Assembly: GCF_030028105.1 (NCBI RefSeq)
Contig: NC_092374.1
Location: 194,055,345-194,119,344, forward strand
Direction of reading: 5' to 3'
Length of the DNA stretch: 64,000 nucleotides
Origin: Mobula birostris
Lineage: Eukaryota
Positions within the stretch are counted from its first letter, which is position 1; every line of letters starts with the position of its first letter. The position numbers and the translations under genes were made by a program. This document shows, piece by piece, positions 12,719-24,520 of this stretch. The notes beneath the pieces are model-generated. The model saw nothing but the letters and a program-made list of their open reading frames with translations, was not told the DNA's origin and did no database searches.

Positions 12719-14117
12719 ATGGTAGCAGAGCAGGGTAGAGATCCTGAGATAGTTAAATTAAAAGAACAACCTCTTCCAGATAGTGAAATTGGAAAAGTAC
12801 CAGTAGGATATTATTTTGAAAAAGAGGTATTAATGAGAAAGTGGAGATCACCTACAATTCCTGCTAGTGAGGAATGGGAAGTTAATAATCAGGTAGTAGT
12901 TCCTAACTTTTATCGAAATGAGATTTTAACTATGGCTCATAGTATTCCTTTGGGTGGTCATTTAGGGGTAAACAAAACTATGAACAAAGTTTCTAAACAT
13001 TTTTATTGGCCTAGTTTAAGACAAGATGTGGCGACATTTTGTAGAACGTGTCATACATGTCAAATTGTGGGTAAACCTAATCAGGTTACTCCAGTGGCCC
13101 CACTGCAACCAATTCCAGTATTTGGCAAGCCGTTCTCAAAACTCATTGTCAACTGTGTAGGCCCTTTGACAAAAACTAAAACTGTACATCAATATTTATT
13201 AACTATTATGTGCACAGCGTCTAGGTTTCCAGAAGCAGTACGTCTTAGGAATATAATAGCCAAGACTGTGCCAAAGGCCCTTATAAAATCCTGTACTTAT
13301 TTCGGGTTGCCTAAGGAAATACAATCCAATCGGATCAAGGTAGTAATTTTATGTCTGGGTTGTTTCAGCAGATAGTTTATAAACTGGGAGCAAAACAGAT
13401 TATTCCCTCAGCCTATCATCCAGAATCACAAGTCACCTTGGAGAGATTTCATTCTACACTAAAAACTATGATTAGGACATATTGTGTGGAAAATGAAAAG
13501 GACTGGGATGAAGGTATACATTTACTACTTTTTGCAGTAAGAGAGGCAGTGCAGGAATCATTAGGTTTTAGTCCTTTTGAACTTGTGGGCATAGAGTTCG
13601 AGGACCTTTGGCCTTGTTGAAGGAACAGTGGATTAATAAAGAGGTACACACTAATTTGCTGGATTAGGTTTTAGAATTTAAGGGAAGATTGTATAAAGCT
13701 TGTAGCTTAGCCCAGGAAAATTTACAATTAGCTCAAGAGAAGATGAAGACTTGGTATGATAAGGAAGCTAGGATGAGGTCATTTAAGCCTGGAGATAAAG
13801 TGTTGGTTCTTTTCCCAGTGCAAACGAATCCATTACAAGCTAAATTTCATGGTCCTTATGAGATTAAATCTGAGGTAAGTGATGTAGATTACGTGGTAAA
13901 AACCCCAGATCGGAGAAAGACAACACAGCTGTATCATATAAATATGATAAATCCGTATTATGAGAGAGAAGTTGCTACTATGACTGTTGTGATCAATAAT
14001 GAGTCTGATCTTGATAAAAACTTAATAGAGGATTCATCTGAAACTCATTTTAAACCCAACATTATTTCAGCCAGGTTACTAAATTCAAAAATTCTAGAAA
14101 ATATTGATGGAAAATGA
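12719..14117 (+). pseudogene. pol: Gmr1-like integrase (upstream of RT), disrupted
   Basis: HSIPLGGHLG..CRTCHTCQ (HHCC Zn finger). The rve core PFSKLIVNCVGPL..YLLTIMC..RFPEA..AYHPESQ..LERFH and GPY/F-type KFHGPYEI lie in ORFs 12719..13375, 13351..13620 and 13689..14117. Confidence 0.92.
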
Positions 14118-14147
14118 GCTCATTTACAGCCAGAGCAGAGAGAGCAG

Positions 14148-15497
14148 ATGAAACAGTTAATTTTTAAATATAGAGATTTATTTCCAGACGACCCTAGAAA
14201 AACCACTGTAGCTACACATGATGTAGATGTTAGAGATGCAAAACCCATAAAACAATATCCGTATCGAATGAACAGGGGAAAATGTGAACTTGCTGAACAA
14301 GAAATTAAGTATATGTTAGAGAATGATAATATTAGACATTCTAATTCGAATTTGAGTTCACTGTGTGTTATGGTGCCTAAGCCAGACAATAGTATTAGGT
14401 TTTGTACCGATTACAGAAAGGTGAATGCTGTGACAAAAACTGATGCATATCCAATCCCTAGAGTAGATGATTGTGTGGATAAAGTTGGACAGGCCAAATT
14501 CCTTACAAAAATTGATTTGCTAAAAGGTTATTGGTGTGTTCCATTGACGGATAGAGGTAGAGAGATTTCAGCATTTGTAACCCCATCTGGGTTATATGAA
14601 TGTAATGTTCTTCCATTTGGGATGAAGAATGCACCAGGTACTTTTCAGAGGATGATTAATAGCGTGATTCAGGGATTAAATGATACAAATGCCTATATTG
14701 ATGATTTAGTTACGGGAAATAATACATGGAAAGCACGTATTACTGTGGTGGAGAAACTATTTGAAAGACTCTCAAAAGCCAACTTAACTATTAACTTAGC
14801 TAAAAGTAAATTTGATCATGCCACAGTGACTTACCTTGGTTATATTGTGGGTCAGGGGAAATTGGCACCTGTTCAAGCGAAAGTTCAGGGAATTTTAGAA
14901 GTACCCACTCCAACTAGTAGAAAAGCTCCCAGAAGATTCTTTGGTATGGTAGGATATTACAGAAAATTTTGTAAGGATTTTGCAAACATTGCTCTTCCAT
15001 TAACTAATCTCTTCAAGAAAAATGAAAAGTTTGTTTGGACAGAGTTTTGTCAGGAGGCATTTGATAAATTGAAAACTATAATATGTAGTCAACCTGTACT
15101 TAACTCTCCTGACTTTGAAAAAATATTTTCGTTAGCTGTAGATGCTACTGATGAAGCTGCAGGAACAGTGTTACTTCAAAGAGATGATGGTGATGAAGTT
15201 GATCGTCCGGTAGCTTATTTTTCTAAGAAATTTAATGCGCATCAAAGAAATTAGTCAACAATAGAAAAAGAATTGTTATCTCTTGCTTTGGCTTTACAAC
15301 ATTTTGAAGTGTATGTTGGTACTACTCCTAAACCACTCACAGTTTATACCGATCACAATCCGTTACTGTTTTTGAGTAAGATGAAAAACAAAAATAGATT
15401 ATTAAATTGGAGTCTAATGTTACAGGAGTACAATATTTTGATCACTCATATTAAGGGTAAAGATAATGTGATCGCTGATTGTTTATCTAGATGTTAA
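14148..15497 (+). pseudogene. pol: Gypsy reverse transcriptase-RNase H (one internal stop at ~15252)
   Basis: ORF 14148..15254: RFCTDYRKVN, KIDLLKGYW, LPFGMKNAP, AYIDDL, LAVDATDEAAG. ORF 15273..15497: VYTDHNPL..KGKDNVIADCLSR. Confidence 0.95.
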
Positions 15498-15696
15498 ATG
15501 TACAATGAAAATCTGTTTTTTTATGGAGTGGTATTCTAATATTGGTAACACTCCTACTGTATATTAGTTTGTAAAGTGCTGAAAGATAAGACTGTATATA
15601 TTGTGTATGTTGTAAATTTTATACCTTTGTATTTTTTTTTGTAAATTGTTAATTGTTAAAATTTTGTTCTTTAAGAGACCAAAAATTCATTTTTTT

Positions 15697-15705
15697 GGAG
15701 GGAGG
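15697..15705 (+). promoter_or_regulatory. Polypurine tract
   Basis: GGAGGGAGG immediately before TGTTACA of the 3' LTR. Confidence 0.8.
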
Positions 15706-17025
15706 TGTTACATACCTCAAGGAGATTTGTGTGTTTTTTTGTGAGAATGATGTAATGGTCTTTTGGAGGTCACCTGATGTAATTTTCCCACTGATGTGAG
15801 GTCACGTGATGACATGTGCACCACGGGTATGCAAGGGAAGACCCCAGATGACGCAGTTAGTTTTGAGTTTTTAGATTTCCAGCTAGAACGTACTGTGTCT
15901 CCGTTTCTGTTGCGTATTTGTTTTTATGACGCAGTTTCATTTTTAAAATGGTTATTATGTTCTGTTGCAAGGTACAATATTGCTGGACCGAAGTTTTTGC
16001 TAGATGTGTTGATGTACCCTATTCCAGCAGTAGTAGTGGGGAGTGAAGACTTTACCGAAGTACAGGAGCCAAAGGATTGAGAGGAGTCGGCATCGTTCGG
16101 CAGTTTAACAAGGAATCGACCTTATTGAGTCTTCTTTGGAGGAGTAGTGACCTGGATCAAAGATAACTCTTGCCAAAAGAGAAAAGAGTTCATGCAAGGT
16201 TTGCTCTCTCTAGAATTTAAGGTCAGATGTTTTAAACTGTTTATTTACTGCATCATGAATCCTTTGGACAGAACCAGCAAGAAAGTCGCGTCTATGAAGA
16301 AATCCTTCTCCGGAGAAGGCTCTCCCAATTGAATGTATAAATCTGTTGGACTTTCAAATTTACCATTTTAAGAACTATATCTGACTTTACCGCTTTAAGA
16401 ACTGTTTTCAATAGACAATACGTGCAGGAGTAGGCCATTCGGCCCTTCAAGCCAGCACAGCCATTCACTGTGATCATGGATGATCATCCAGTTCCTGCCT
16501 TGTACAACTGCATAAGGACCTCTTTGCTCCTATACTCAATTCCCCTTGTTATGAAGGCCAGCATGCCATTAGCTTTCTTCACTGCCTGCTGTACTTGCAT
16601 GTTTGCTTTCAGTGACTGATGTACAAGAACACCTAGATCTCGTTGTGTTTCCCCTTTTCCTAATTTGACTCCATTTAGATAATAATTTGCCTTCCCGTTC
16701 TTACTACCAAAGTGGATAACCTCACATTTATCCACATTAAACTGCATCTGCCATGCATCTGCCCACTCACCCAGCCTGTCCAAGTCACCCTGCATTCTCA
16801 TAACATCCTCCTCACATTGCACACTGCTACCCAGCTTTGTGTCATCGGATTTAACGCTTTAAGAACCATTGCCTAGTGACAATTTGTTGAACGGCAGCAT
16901 AGCGGTTAACTTCCGGTTAAGGGTTTCATTTGTTTTTTTTAATCATTTATCCGTGTTTAATAAATGTTTGGTTGTTTTTATGTAACTTGTCTCGACTGAT
17001 ATCCATTGTTGCCGGTTACATAACA
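15706..17025 (+). mobile_element. 3' LTR of Gmr1-like element 2, interrupted by a CR1 fragment
   Basis: TGTTACA...ATAACA termini. Colinear with 9903..10767 once 16410..16848 is removed (ACTGTTTTC|ATTTAACGCTTTAAGAACC). Confidence 0.88.
16410..16848 (-). mobile_element. CR1 fragment (RT C-terminal part joined to the 3' UTR tip) inside the LTR
   Basis: ORF 16484..16822 is nearly identical in protein to the end of ORF 8722..9795. A CR1-type 3' tail lies at 16410-16488. Confidence 0.9.
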
Positions 17026-17059
17026 CCCCGCAGTGAACTATAGAAGTTTTCAAGCGTTT

Positions 17060-17390
17060 TAGTTCACAAACCAAATCTTTTCAAACTCCTAATGAAATAT
17101 ATCCGTTGTGTTGCCTTCCTTATAGCTGCATCGATATGTCTGGACTAAGTTAGATCTTCTGACATCTTCACACATTGGAACTTGAAATTGCTCACTCTCC
17201 CCACTTACGATCCCTCTATGAGGATTGGTTTGTGATCCCTCACTTTACCCTTCCTGAAGTCCACAATCAGCTCTTCTGTCTTACTGAAGCTTGAGTGCCA
17301 GGTTGTTGGTATGACACTACGCAACTAGCTGCTGTATCTATCTCCTGTGCACTGTACCATCTGTAGCATTTATGCGGTATCATGAAGGAT
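17060..17390 (-). mobile_element. Rex1/Babar-like LINE RT fragment, decayed
   Basis: The reverse strand encodes ELIVDFRK (gagctgattgtggacttcaggaag) preceded by an NNLALK-like segment. Confidence 0.65.
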
Positions 17391-17518
17391 TCAGCAGAAT
17401 GGACTCTCAGGAATGCAGGTACGATTGCAGCAGCCATGGCTGGAGCAGACTTCAGGCCCAAGAGCGAAAAAAAACATTATTTAGCCGATTTAAGCTCCAA
17501 ACCTGATTAAAAAGATTA

Positions 17519-17970
17519 TGTCACGGTCCTGATTGTTTATTCCCTAGTTTCCTGTAATTTCCTTCGATTGTGCCACAGTTCCGACCATTAATTTCCCAAT
17601 GGCTTCTAATTTTCTTTGATGACGGCACACTTAGTCTCCATCAAGACCTACAGTATAAGAACCTCGGCATTACAAACCCTAGTTTCCAGATCGTTGGTCT
17701 TTTTTCTGTGTGATAACTAACGTTTCCCATCCGCTTAGAACTGTTTGTTCTAAGTTTATCTCCAGTTTCAAGGTTTACCTATGAGACTCCATGTCAAGTC
17801 TCTGAATCAAGGCTCCGTATCAAGACCCCATGTCAAGGCTCCATATCAGGGCTCCGTGTCAAGATCCCTCCTGTTCGCTGTTCGGCGTTTATGCCAGTGT
17901 AAGCATCCTCAATCTCCATGCCTGTGTCCAGCACTTGGGTTCGCCTCATTCGCCACGTTGCATTGCAACA
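17519..17970. mobile_element. Solo-LTR-like element
   Basis: TGTCACG...GCAACA termini, internal TCAAG-based short repeats and a 3' end resembling 31628..32965. No clean TSD (GATTA vs GGTTT). Confidence 0.45.
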
Positions 17971-18539
17971 GGTTTAAGGTGTCGAGGCCGAGGGTAAAGA
18001 ACAAACCAGTGTTCAGCTCACTACTCCATGAGGTTCTCAGCACACAACTGGCTCTGTGGCCGTGGACTCACTTTCGGGGACCCTGCGGTTCATGTTCTAT
18101 CTGTTACTTGTTTACTTTTAATTGTTTGCACAATTTGTTCTTTTTTCACACATTGGATATTTGAATGTCTTGGTTGTGTGGGTTCTTTTTAAAATCGTGT
18201 ATTCTACTGTGATTTTCTTATTTTGCGGCTATCTGCAACAATCTCCATCTCAGGGTTGCATATGGTATATATACTGTGATAATAATAATGTACTTTGGAC
18301 TGTTATACCTTGAAAAGAGACAAAGTGAGAAGTGCTTTTCTTCCCTCTGGTCCGTCAGTGGAGGACAGAGCTGCAGTGAAAGGGTGCCGGCCAGCAGGGG
18401 TCAGTGTTGCGCTATGCTCAGGAAAACCCAACAGCACACAAAGCTGCTGAAGGACCTCTCACTGGGTCAGGTTGAACCTGTGGAGGGAAATGGGCAGTCA
18501 GCGTCTCAGATGGAGACCCTTCCTCGGGTCTGAAGTGCC

Positions 18540-19030
18540 CAAATGTCCATCTGCATGAGAGGAAATCTTCCCCTCTGCATCCCCCTTTGGGATGGACTTT
18601 GAGTTGTGTTGAGGCCTCCGTCGGACAAAATTTGTCATGGATATTGCATCTAGATCAGCAAGCCAGGGCAGTATGATGTGGAGAGCAAGTTCCCCCTCTC
18701 CATGCATCTGTTGAACCCAAAGGAACGGTAGATACCGATACCAGAAGCGTCGCCAGATCTACCAGTCAGCATTGAACTCAGTTTGGCACCAGAAATCTGT
18801 CAGCTCGATGGAGGACTGCCTTAGGGAATCCAACTCAGGATCTTCCCCCTGGGTTTACGCCCGAAGCCTTCCCCATGAGTGGGTAGAGCTGCAAGGCAGC
18901 GGAGGTTTCAGATCAGAGTTTTACTTTTTCCTGGATGAGCTGCGAACCATGGCTGGCGAGCCCCATTCGCCCGAAGCAACAGGTTTTAAAGTGCCAATAA
19001 CCCGCCTTTATCCTTTTCCTGTCAGTAGGG
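18540..19030. repeat. Interspersed repeat, possibly an RTE-like LINE/SINE 5' region
   Basis: Resembles from memory a common batoid repeat (GATGAGCTGC..GAGCCCCAT..CCCGAAGC..GGTTTTAA). No coding evidence; class uncertain. Confidence 0.3.
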
Positions 19031-19157
19031 AGCAACGGTGCAAATAATATATATGATATTATATATACATATTATTCTTATATTCATTAATATTATAATG
19101 CGATAGGATACTGCATTATATTATGTGTCTGTGTGCACATGTCTCTGTGTTCTTCTA

Positions 19158-19160
<3 letters not shown>

Positions 19161-19196
<36 letters not shown>
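19161..19196. repeat. (GT)n microsatellite running into GCGCGCG
   Basis: Directly visible. Confidence 0.97.
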
Positions 19197-19204
<8 letters not shown>

Positions 19205-20094
19205 CAGTGACTATCTCTGTGACTCGGTTCTGTGTGGTTCCACATGCGAGGCTCTTTTACATACGAGTGGCTCAGCAGACATTTTAACAAAGCGACAGGT
19301 ATTTTTGGTAGCGTGAATACATCTATATTAATAGCACCACGTATTATACGTGCGATGCCTGTCTGTGTGAACATACTACAATATTTATGCAATTATCTTG
19401 GGGGAGGGGAAAGGGGGGGACCATGTGTCTATTTGTCAGTACCTATGTATCCCTGTTCACAAACACGCACCAACTTACTCATATCTGGCACATGCTATAC
19501 CATCCATGAAAGAGTGAGCGGTTCACACTTTGGGCTCATTCTCCACCACAGAAACGGAAAACCTGAAGGTGAAGCAAATTATCCTCGGAGTGAGGGAGAG
19601 TGGGAGCGGGGGAGAGAGAGAGGAGAGGAGACAGAGGAGAGAGAGGGAGAGGGGAGAGAGATAGTTTGTGAAAGACGGAGACAGATTGAGATGGTAATCA
19701 GGGAGAGTCAAGAGTGAATGTGTGTGCGTGTGAGTGTGTGTATGAATGCGAGTTCTGTTTATGAATGTGTGTGAGAGAGAGAGAGAATCGTTAAGGAGGA
19801 GATGGTTCTGTGGATAATCTGTATGTATGTGTGTACCTGTAGCAGAGAGATATGCATGTGTATATGTGAGGGAGAGAATGTTACCAGGTCCAGGAAGGAC
19901 ACTCTCTGTGGATCTGTGTAGCAGGGGACACCGGGATTGCTCTGAAGGGGTGGAAAATTAGCGAGGCACTTTTGTTCGCTCCTTTCTGAACTTCTGTCGC
20001 CTGGAAGTCTCAGGTTAGGTACCATCCAGGGCTACTTGGATCCGTTTCAAGCTACCCGGACTACAAGCTGCAGACCGCAGTGAACTACAGTGTT

Positions 20095-20480
20095 ACCGAG
20101 TCATACAACAAATAATCAGGCCCTTCAGCCCAGCTGGTCCATACCGACGAAAATGTTCATGTAAACTAATCATGTTTGCCCATGTTTGGGCCATATGCCT
20201 CTAACCCTTTCCTATCCAAGGCTCTTTTAAAATTTGCGTTTGTACGTGTCTCATTCCATATTCTTCCTATTGCCCTCTCACTTTAAACCTCGGGTCTCTA
20301 GATTTTGGTTCCCTTTCCATTGGACAAAAGACTGTTGGCGTTCACCCTATCTATGCACTCGTGATTCTATACATCTCTTTAACATCACCCTTCAATCTCC
20401 TAAATTCCAAGGAATAAAGTTCTAACCTGTCCAACCTCTCCCTATATAACAGCCTCTGTAGTTCTGGCAAATAGTCTTTT
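20095..20480 (-). mobile_element. Old CR1 3' fragment
   Basis: CR1-type 3' UTR start (ggcccttcagcccagctggtccat) and decayed RT C-terminal sequence on the reverse strand. Confidence 0.6.
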
Positions 20481-20645
20481 CATTTCTTTTTCTGCTTAAA
20501 GACGTCTTTCCTGGGGAATAATCATCATTATGCGCCGTTTTGTATAAAGTGGGCGGTCGTGGCCTTTCCATGACCATGATTGTTCTTGGTAAATATTTCT
20601 ACAGAAGTGGTTTGCCATTGACTTCTTTGATGCCGAGTCTATATA

Positions 20646-21608
20646 AGACCATAAGACCATGAGACAGAGGAGCATAATTAGGCCAGTTGGCCCATCGAGT
20701 CTGCTCCGCCATTAATCATGGCTGATCCTTTGTTCCCTTCCTCAACCCCACTCCCCGGCTTTCTCCCAGTAACCTTTGATTCCATGTCCAATCAAGAACC
20801 TATTAAGCTCTGCTTCAAACATATCCAAAAACCTGGCCTCAACAACTGCCTGTGGAAACAAATTCCACAAATTCCCCACCCGCTGACTAAAGAGATTTCG
20901 AACAGAAATCTCCTTTTTAAATGGACGACCCTTCATCCTGAGGCTGTGTCCTCTTGTCCTAGCCGCCCCCACCATGGGAAACACCCTTTTAACATCTCGT
21001 ATGCCTGGATCGTTCAACATTCGAAAGGTTTCAATGAGATTCTCATCCTTCTAAATCCTAGCGAGTACAAACCCAGAGCCATCAAATGTTCCCCGTACGG
21101 TAACCCTTTCATTCCCGAAATCATCCTTCTGAACATTCTCTGGACCCTCTGCAAAGCCCACGCATATTTTCTTACATGAGGAGACCCAAACCGTTCACAA
21201 TACGCGAGGTGAAGCCTCACCAGTGCCTTATAAAGCCTCAGCATCACATCCTTGCTCTTGTATTCCAGACCTCCTGAAATGAATGCTAACATTGCATTTG
21301 CCATCCTCACCACCGGTTGAACCTGCAAGTTACCCTTTAGGGTGTTCTGCACAAGGACTCCCACGTCCTTTTGTGCCTTGGATTTTCTCCCCATTTAGAA
21401 AATACTCTGCACATTTATTTCTACTACAGATGCATGACCATGCATTTTCCAACATTGTATTTCATTTGCCACTTTCTTGCCCATTCTCATAATCTGTCTA
21501 AATCCTTCTGAAGCCTACCTGTTTCCTCAACACTACTAGCCCCTCCGCCAATCTTCGTATCATCTATAACCTTGGCAACAAAGCCATCTATTCCATCAGC
21601 ATAAAATG
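20646..21608 (-). mobile_element. CR1 3' fragment inserted into a SINE-like repeat (host halves ~20522-20645 and ~21609-21830)
   Basis: ORFs 21014..21394 and 20742..21020 (YKALVRLHLAYC, FFSQRV.NLWN). (TAAGACCA)n tail at 20646. Confidence 0.8.
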
Positions 21609-21834
21609 GGTGACTCCAGTCTCTTCAGAGATGGTTTGTCTGGCGTCAGTGGGCGCATTGCCAGGACTTGTGATATGTACCAGCTGCCCATATGACCATT
21701 CACCACCTGCTCCCATGGCTTCACTGGACCCTGATTCAGGGGACGGTGAGAATGGGGGTGGGGGGGGGGTTGCTACACCTTGTCCAGGGCGACTGGCAGA
21801 TGTACGTCCTTCCCACCACCTGATAGCTTATCCT

Positions 21835-22590
21835 AGAGCAGGGTGACCAAAAGAGGTGCGGCCTCATCAATATCTTGTACAACTGCAAGATGACATTCCA
21901 ACTCTGATTCTGTGTGCCAACTACCTTCTTCACCTCCTTGTCTACCGGTGACGTTACTTACAGGGAACTGTGTATTTGTATTCCTCGGTCCCTCTGTTCT
22001 ACAGCACTCGCCAGTGACCAGCCACTAACTGTGAAAGTTCGACCTTGGTTAAAATGCAAAACAGCACGCAAAATTGAATTCAACGCTATTCGCCAATATA
22101 ATTTTTCTACTTAGTCAGCCGATCAAGAACCCCTGTAGTTGTTCATAACCTTCTGCACTGCCTATGGTAACAGCTATTTTGGTGTCAACTGCAAACTAAC
22201 CATTCTCAACCGAGTTGTTGATGTAAATTATGATCAACAATGGGCGCACCAGTCCCTGTGGGACATCACTAGTCACAGACCTCCAGTCCGGAAAGCAACC
22301 TTCCACCATTAGCTTCTGCTTCCTATCAATGATGAATCCACTTAGCTCTCTCACCCCGGATCCCAAGCCTTCCACAGGGGACCTCGTCAAAGGTCTTGCT
22401 AAAGTTCATATAGACCACATCCACCATTTTGCCCTCATCAGTCGTCGTGTTTACCTCTTCTAAAATTTCGAATAGAGTTGTGAGATGTCATTTCCTACAC
22501 ACAAAGCTAATCAGTCCTGTCTATCTAAATGCTGGTAGATCCCGTCCCTCAGATTTAATTCCAGTATTTTATCACCACTGATGTCAGGCT
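21835..22590 (-). mobile_element. Decayed CR1 RT fragments
   Basis: ORFs 21736..21933 (LQLYKILMRPHL) and 22196..22390 (DWRSVTSDVPQG). Confidence 0.7.
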
Positions 22591-22599
22591 CACCTTGAA

Positions 22600-22862
22600 G
22601 AATAACGTAATGATTGGCTGTCAGATCGGAGTTCGATTCAAACCGCTGTCAGTAAGGAAACCATGTGGGTTTCCTACGGGCACGCCGATTTCCTCCGGCA
22701 TTCCAAAGGCGTGCAGTTATTGCTCGGGTTACTGAGTTATTGGCATGCTAAACTAGCCCCGGAAACGTGGGGACAATCCTCGCTGATATGAATTGACGCA
22801 AGCGACGCATTTCGCTGTACGTTTCGATGTCCATGTGATAGGTAAAACTAATCTTTAATCTT
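22600..22862 (+). mobile_element. tRNA-derived SINE
   Basis: B-box-like GGAGTTCGATTC near 22630, V-SINE-like core and a short-repeat tail (AATCTTTAATCTT). Confidence 0.6.
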
Positions 22863-24299
22863 TTGTCTTTTCTGCCCCTTTGAATGAACATTAGCCATCC
22901 TCCAGTCCTCTGGAACTTCTCCTGTAGGTATGGAGGTTCCAAGAATCTTTGCAAGTGCCTCTGCAATTTCGTCCCTAGCTTCACATGAGATCCAAGAATG
23001 AATTTTATCAGGAACAGGGTATTTATCCACCTTAATGTGCTTTCAGGGTGCCGATACCTCCTATATAAACGCTGGTTACTGTTTTTGCAACTATCCCATG
23101 AACTCCGGAGCAGGACCTTTACAGTTGCATATTTAAGTTAACGGCGGAACTGCTCGCAGCTCACACAGCAGCACACAGGCACCGAATCTCCTCACTGCAC
23201 AAAGCTTTACCTCACTCGGGTATACACAGCGCATGCGGGGTGGAGAGACTGGGGTCATATAGATCAGACAGAGCATGGGAACGATAGAAATTTTAGATCG
23301 GGGAGCATTCGTCCCGGGAGGACTGACTCTCCCATTGACGTCTGGTTAAACTAAAATAAATTTGTTCTGGACTCCATGTGAATAATTATTTCCATCAGCA
23401 AAATCAGTGTGTCTGTGTAAGAACGTATATGTTTGTATATTGAGTGTGCTTCTGTTGTGAATGGGTGTGTGCATGTATGTTTACACGTGTGAGTGTGTAT
23501 GTTTATGTGTATGTATGTTTGAGTATGAGTGTGTATGCTTCTGTGTCTGTGTGTCTGTGTTTGATGCATGAGTGTGCATGTTTGTGTGTATGTGTGTTTG
23601 TGTGTATGACTGTGTACATGATTGTTACCCACAGATCACACAGCACAGAGCTCCTTTGTCCCATCATATCTATACTAGCCATCAAGTAGCTTTCTGTACT
23701 GGGCCTATTTACCAGCACGTGGTCTGTAACCTTCTCTCCCTTTATCGTTCACGCTCATCCAAATGCTTCTTCAATGCAGCGAGAGTTTCTGTCTCCACCA
23801 CCCCCACAGGCACTGTGTCCCAGATTCCAAGCATCCTCTGATGCAAAAAAAAAATTCTCACTCAGATCCTTTCTTACTCCTCTCCTTAAACCCGGAAGAC
23901 ACCTCTGCCATTGTGAAGTTTATTAATATCTACTCTATCAATACCTTCGGCAATTTAGTGCATTTTCTATCGTACACCCTCGAATTATCTCGTCTGTCCT
24001 CATAATATAACACAAACCATATGAAGCCCTCTAAACCAGCCAGAATCCCGGTAAACCTATTTTGCACCCTCTCCTCATCCTTCCTATAATCCTATAATGA
24101 GGTGGGGGAAGGGGGCAGAATTAAAACCTTCTATTCCAGGCAAAATCAGGCGATCTCCACAGCACCTTGTGTGTGTGTGTGTGTGTGTGTGTGTACAGAT
24201 ATTTTACTAAATCCTTCCTCTGCTGACCACCATCCACACTGTAATTTCGAACTGCAAACTGCCTCATCATCCTCTGCGGTAATAAAAACAACCAGTTTA

Positions 24300-24520
24300 C
24301 TTGCTGACCTCTGAGCTCGGTGGGGCGGTGAGTCAACGACTGCTCACGGCTTCTCACGGCTTCTCACTGGGCTGAGAACGGAGCGGGCGGTTTGTATGCA
24401 TCAGTTCTTCACACCCCCTACCGCAGCTGCCGAACGCTGAGCGACTAGTTTTACACGCGGCCGGAAACCGGACGCTGTGAGACAGGCAAGGGCGGGAGCC
24501 GGGTAAAGATCTAGTGCAAA
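24300..24520. promoter_or_regulatory. CpG-rich putative promoter/enhancer, present only in duplication unit 1
   Basis: GC box GGGGCGG at 24322-24328 abutting AP-1 TGAGTCA at 24329-24335, ETS-like CCGGAAA at 24461, and a local CpG excess. Motif-based only. Confidence 0.35.

Noticed and set aside
17028-17043. CCGCAGTGAACTA(T/C)AG shared with ~20077-20092, possibly marking a rearrangement end
   Set aside because: Only 15 of 16 bp match and the similarity does not extend, which is too short to support a claim.
19232-19717. 161-aa ORF in a largely non-TE-looking region
   Set aside because: No recognisable domain, a GTG start, and a C-terminus made from a GA-rich simple repeat.
23060-23330. TATA-like boxes and a minus-strand GAG|GTAAA donor conserved in both duplication units, possibly an antisense gene exon
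   Set aside because: Presence in both units is explained by the duplication itself, the reading frames differ between copies, and no downstream minus-strand exon was found.
23351-23841. His/Thr- or Cys/Val-rich ORFs (also 19125..19316 and 27033..27242)
   Set aside because: These are translations of GT-rich microsatellite sequence.
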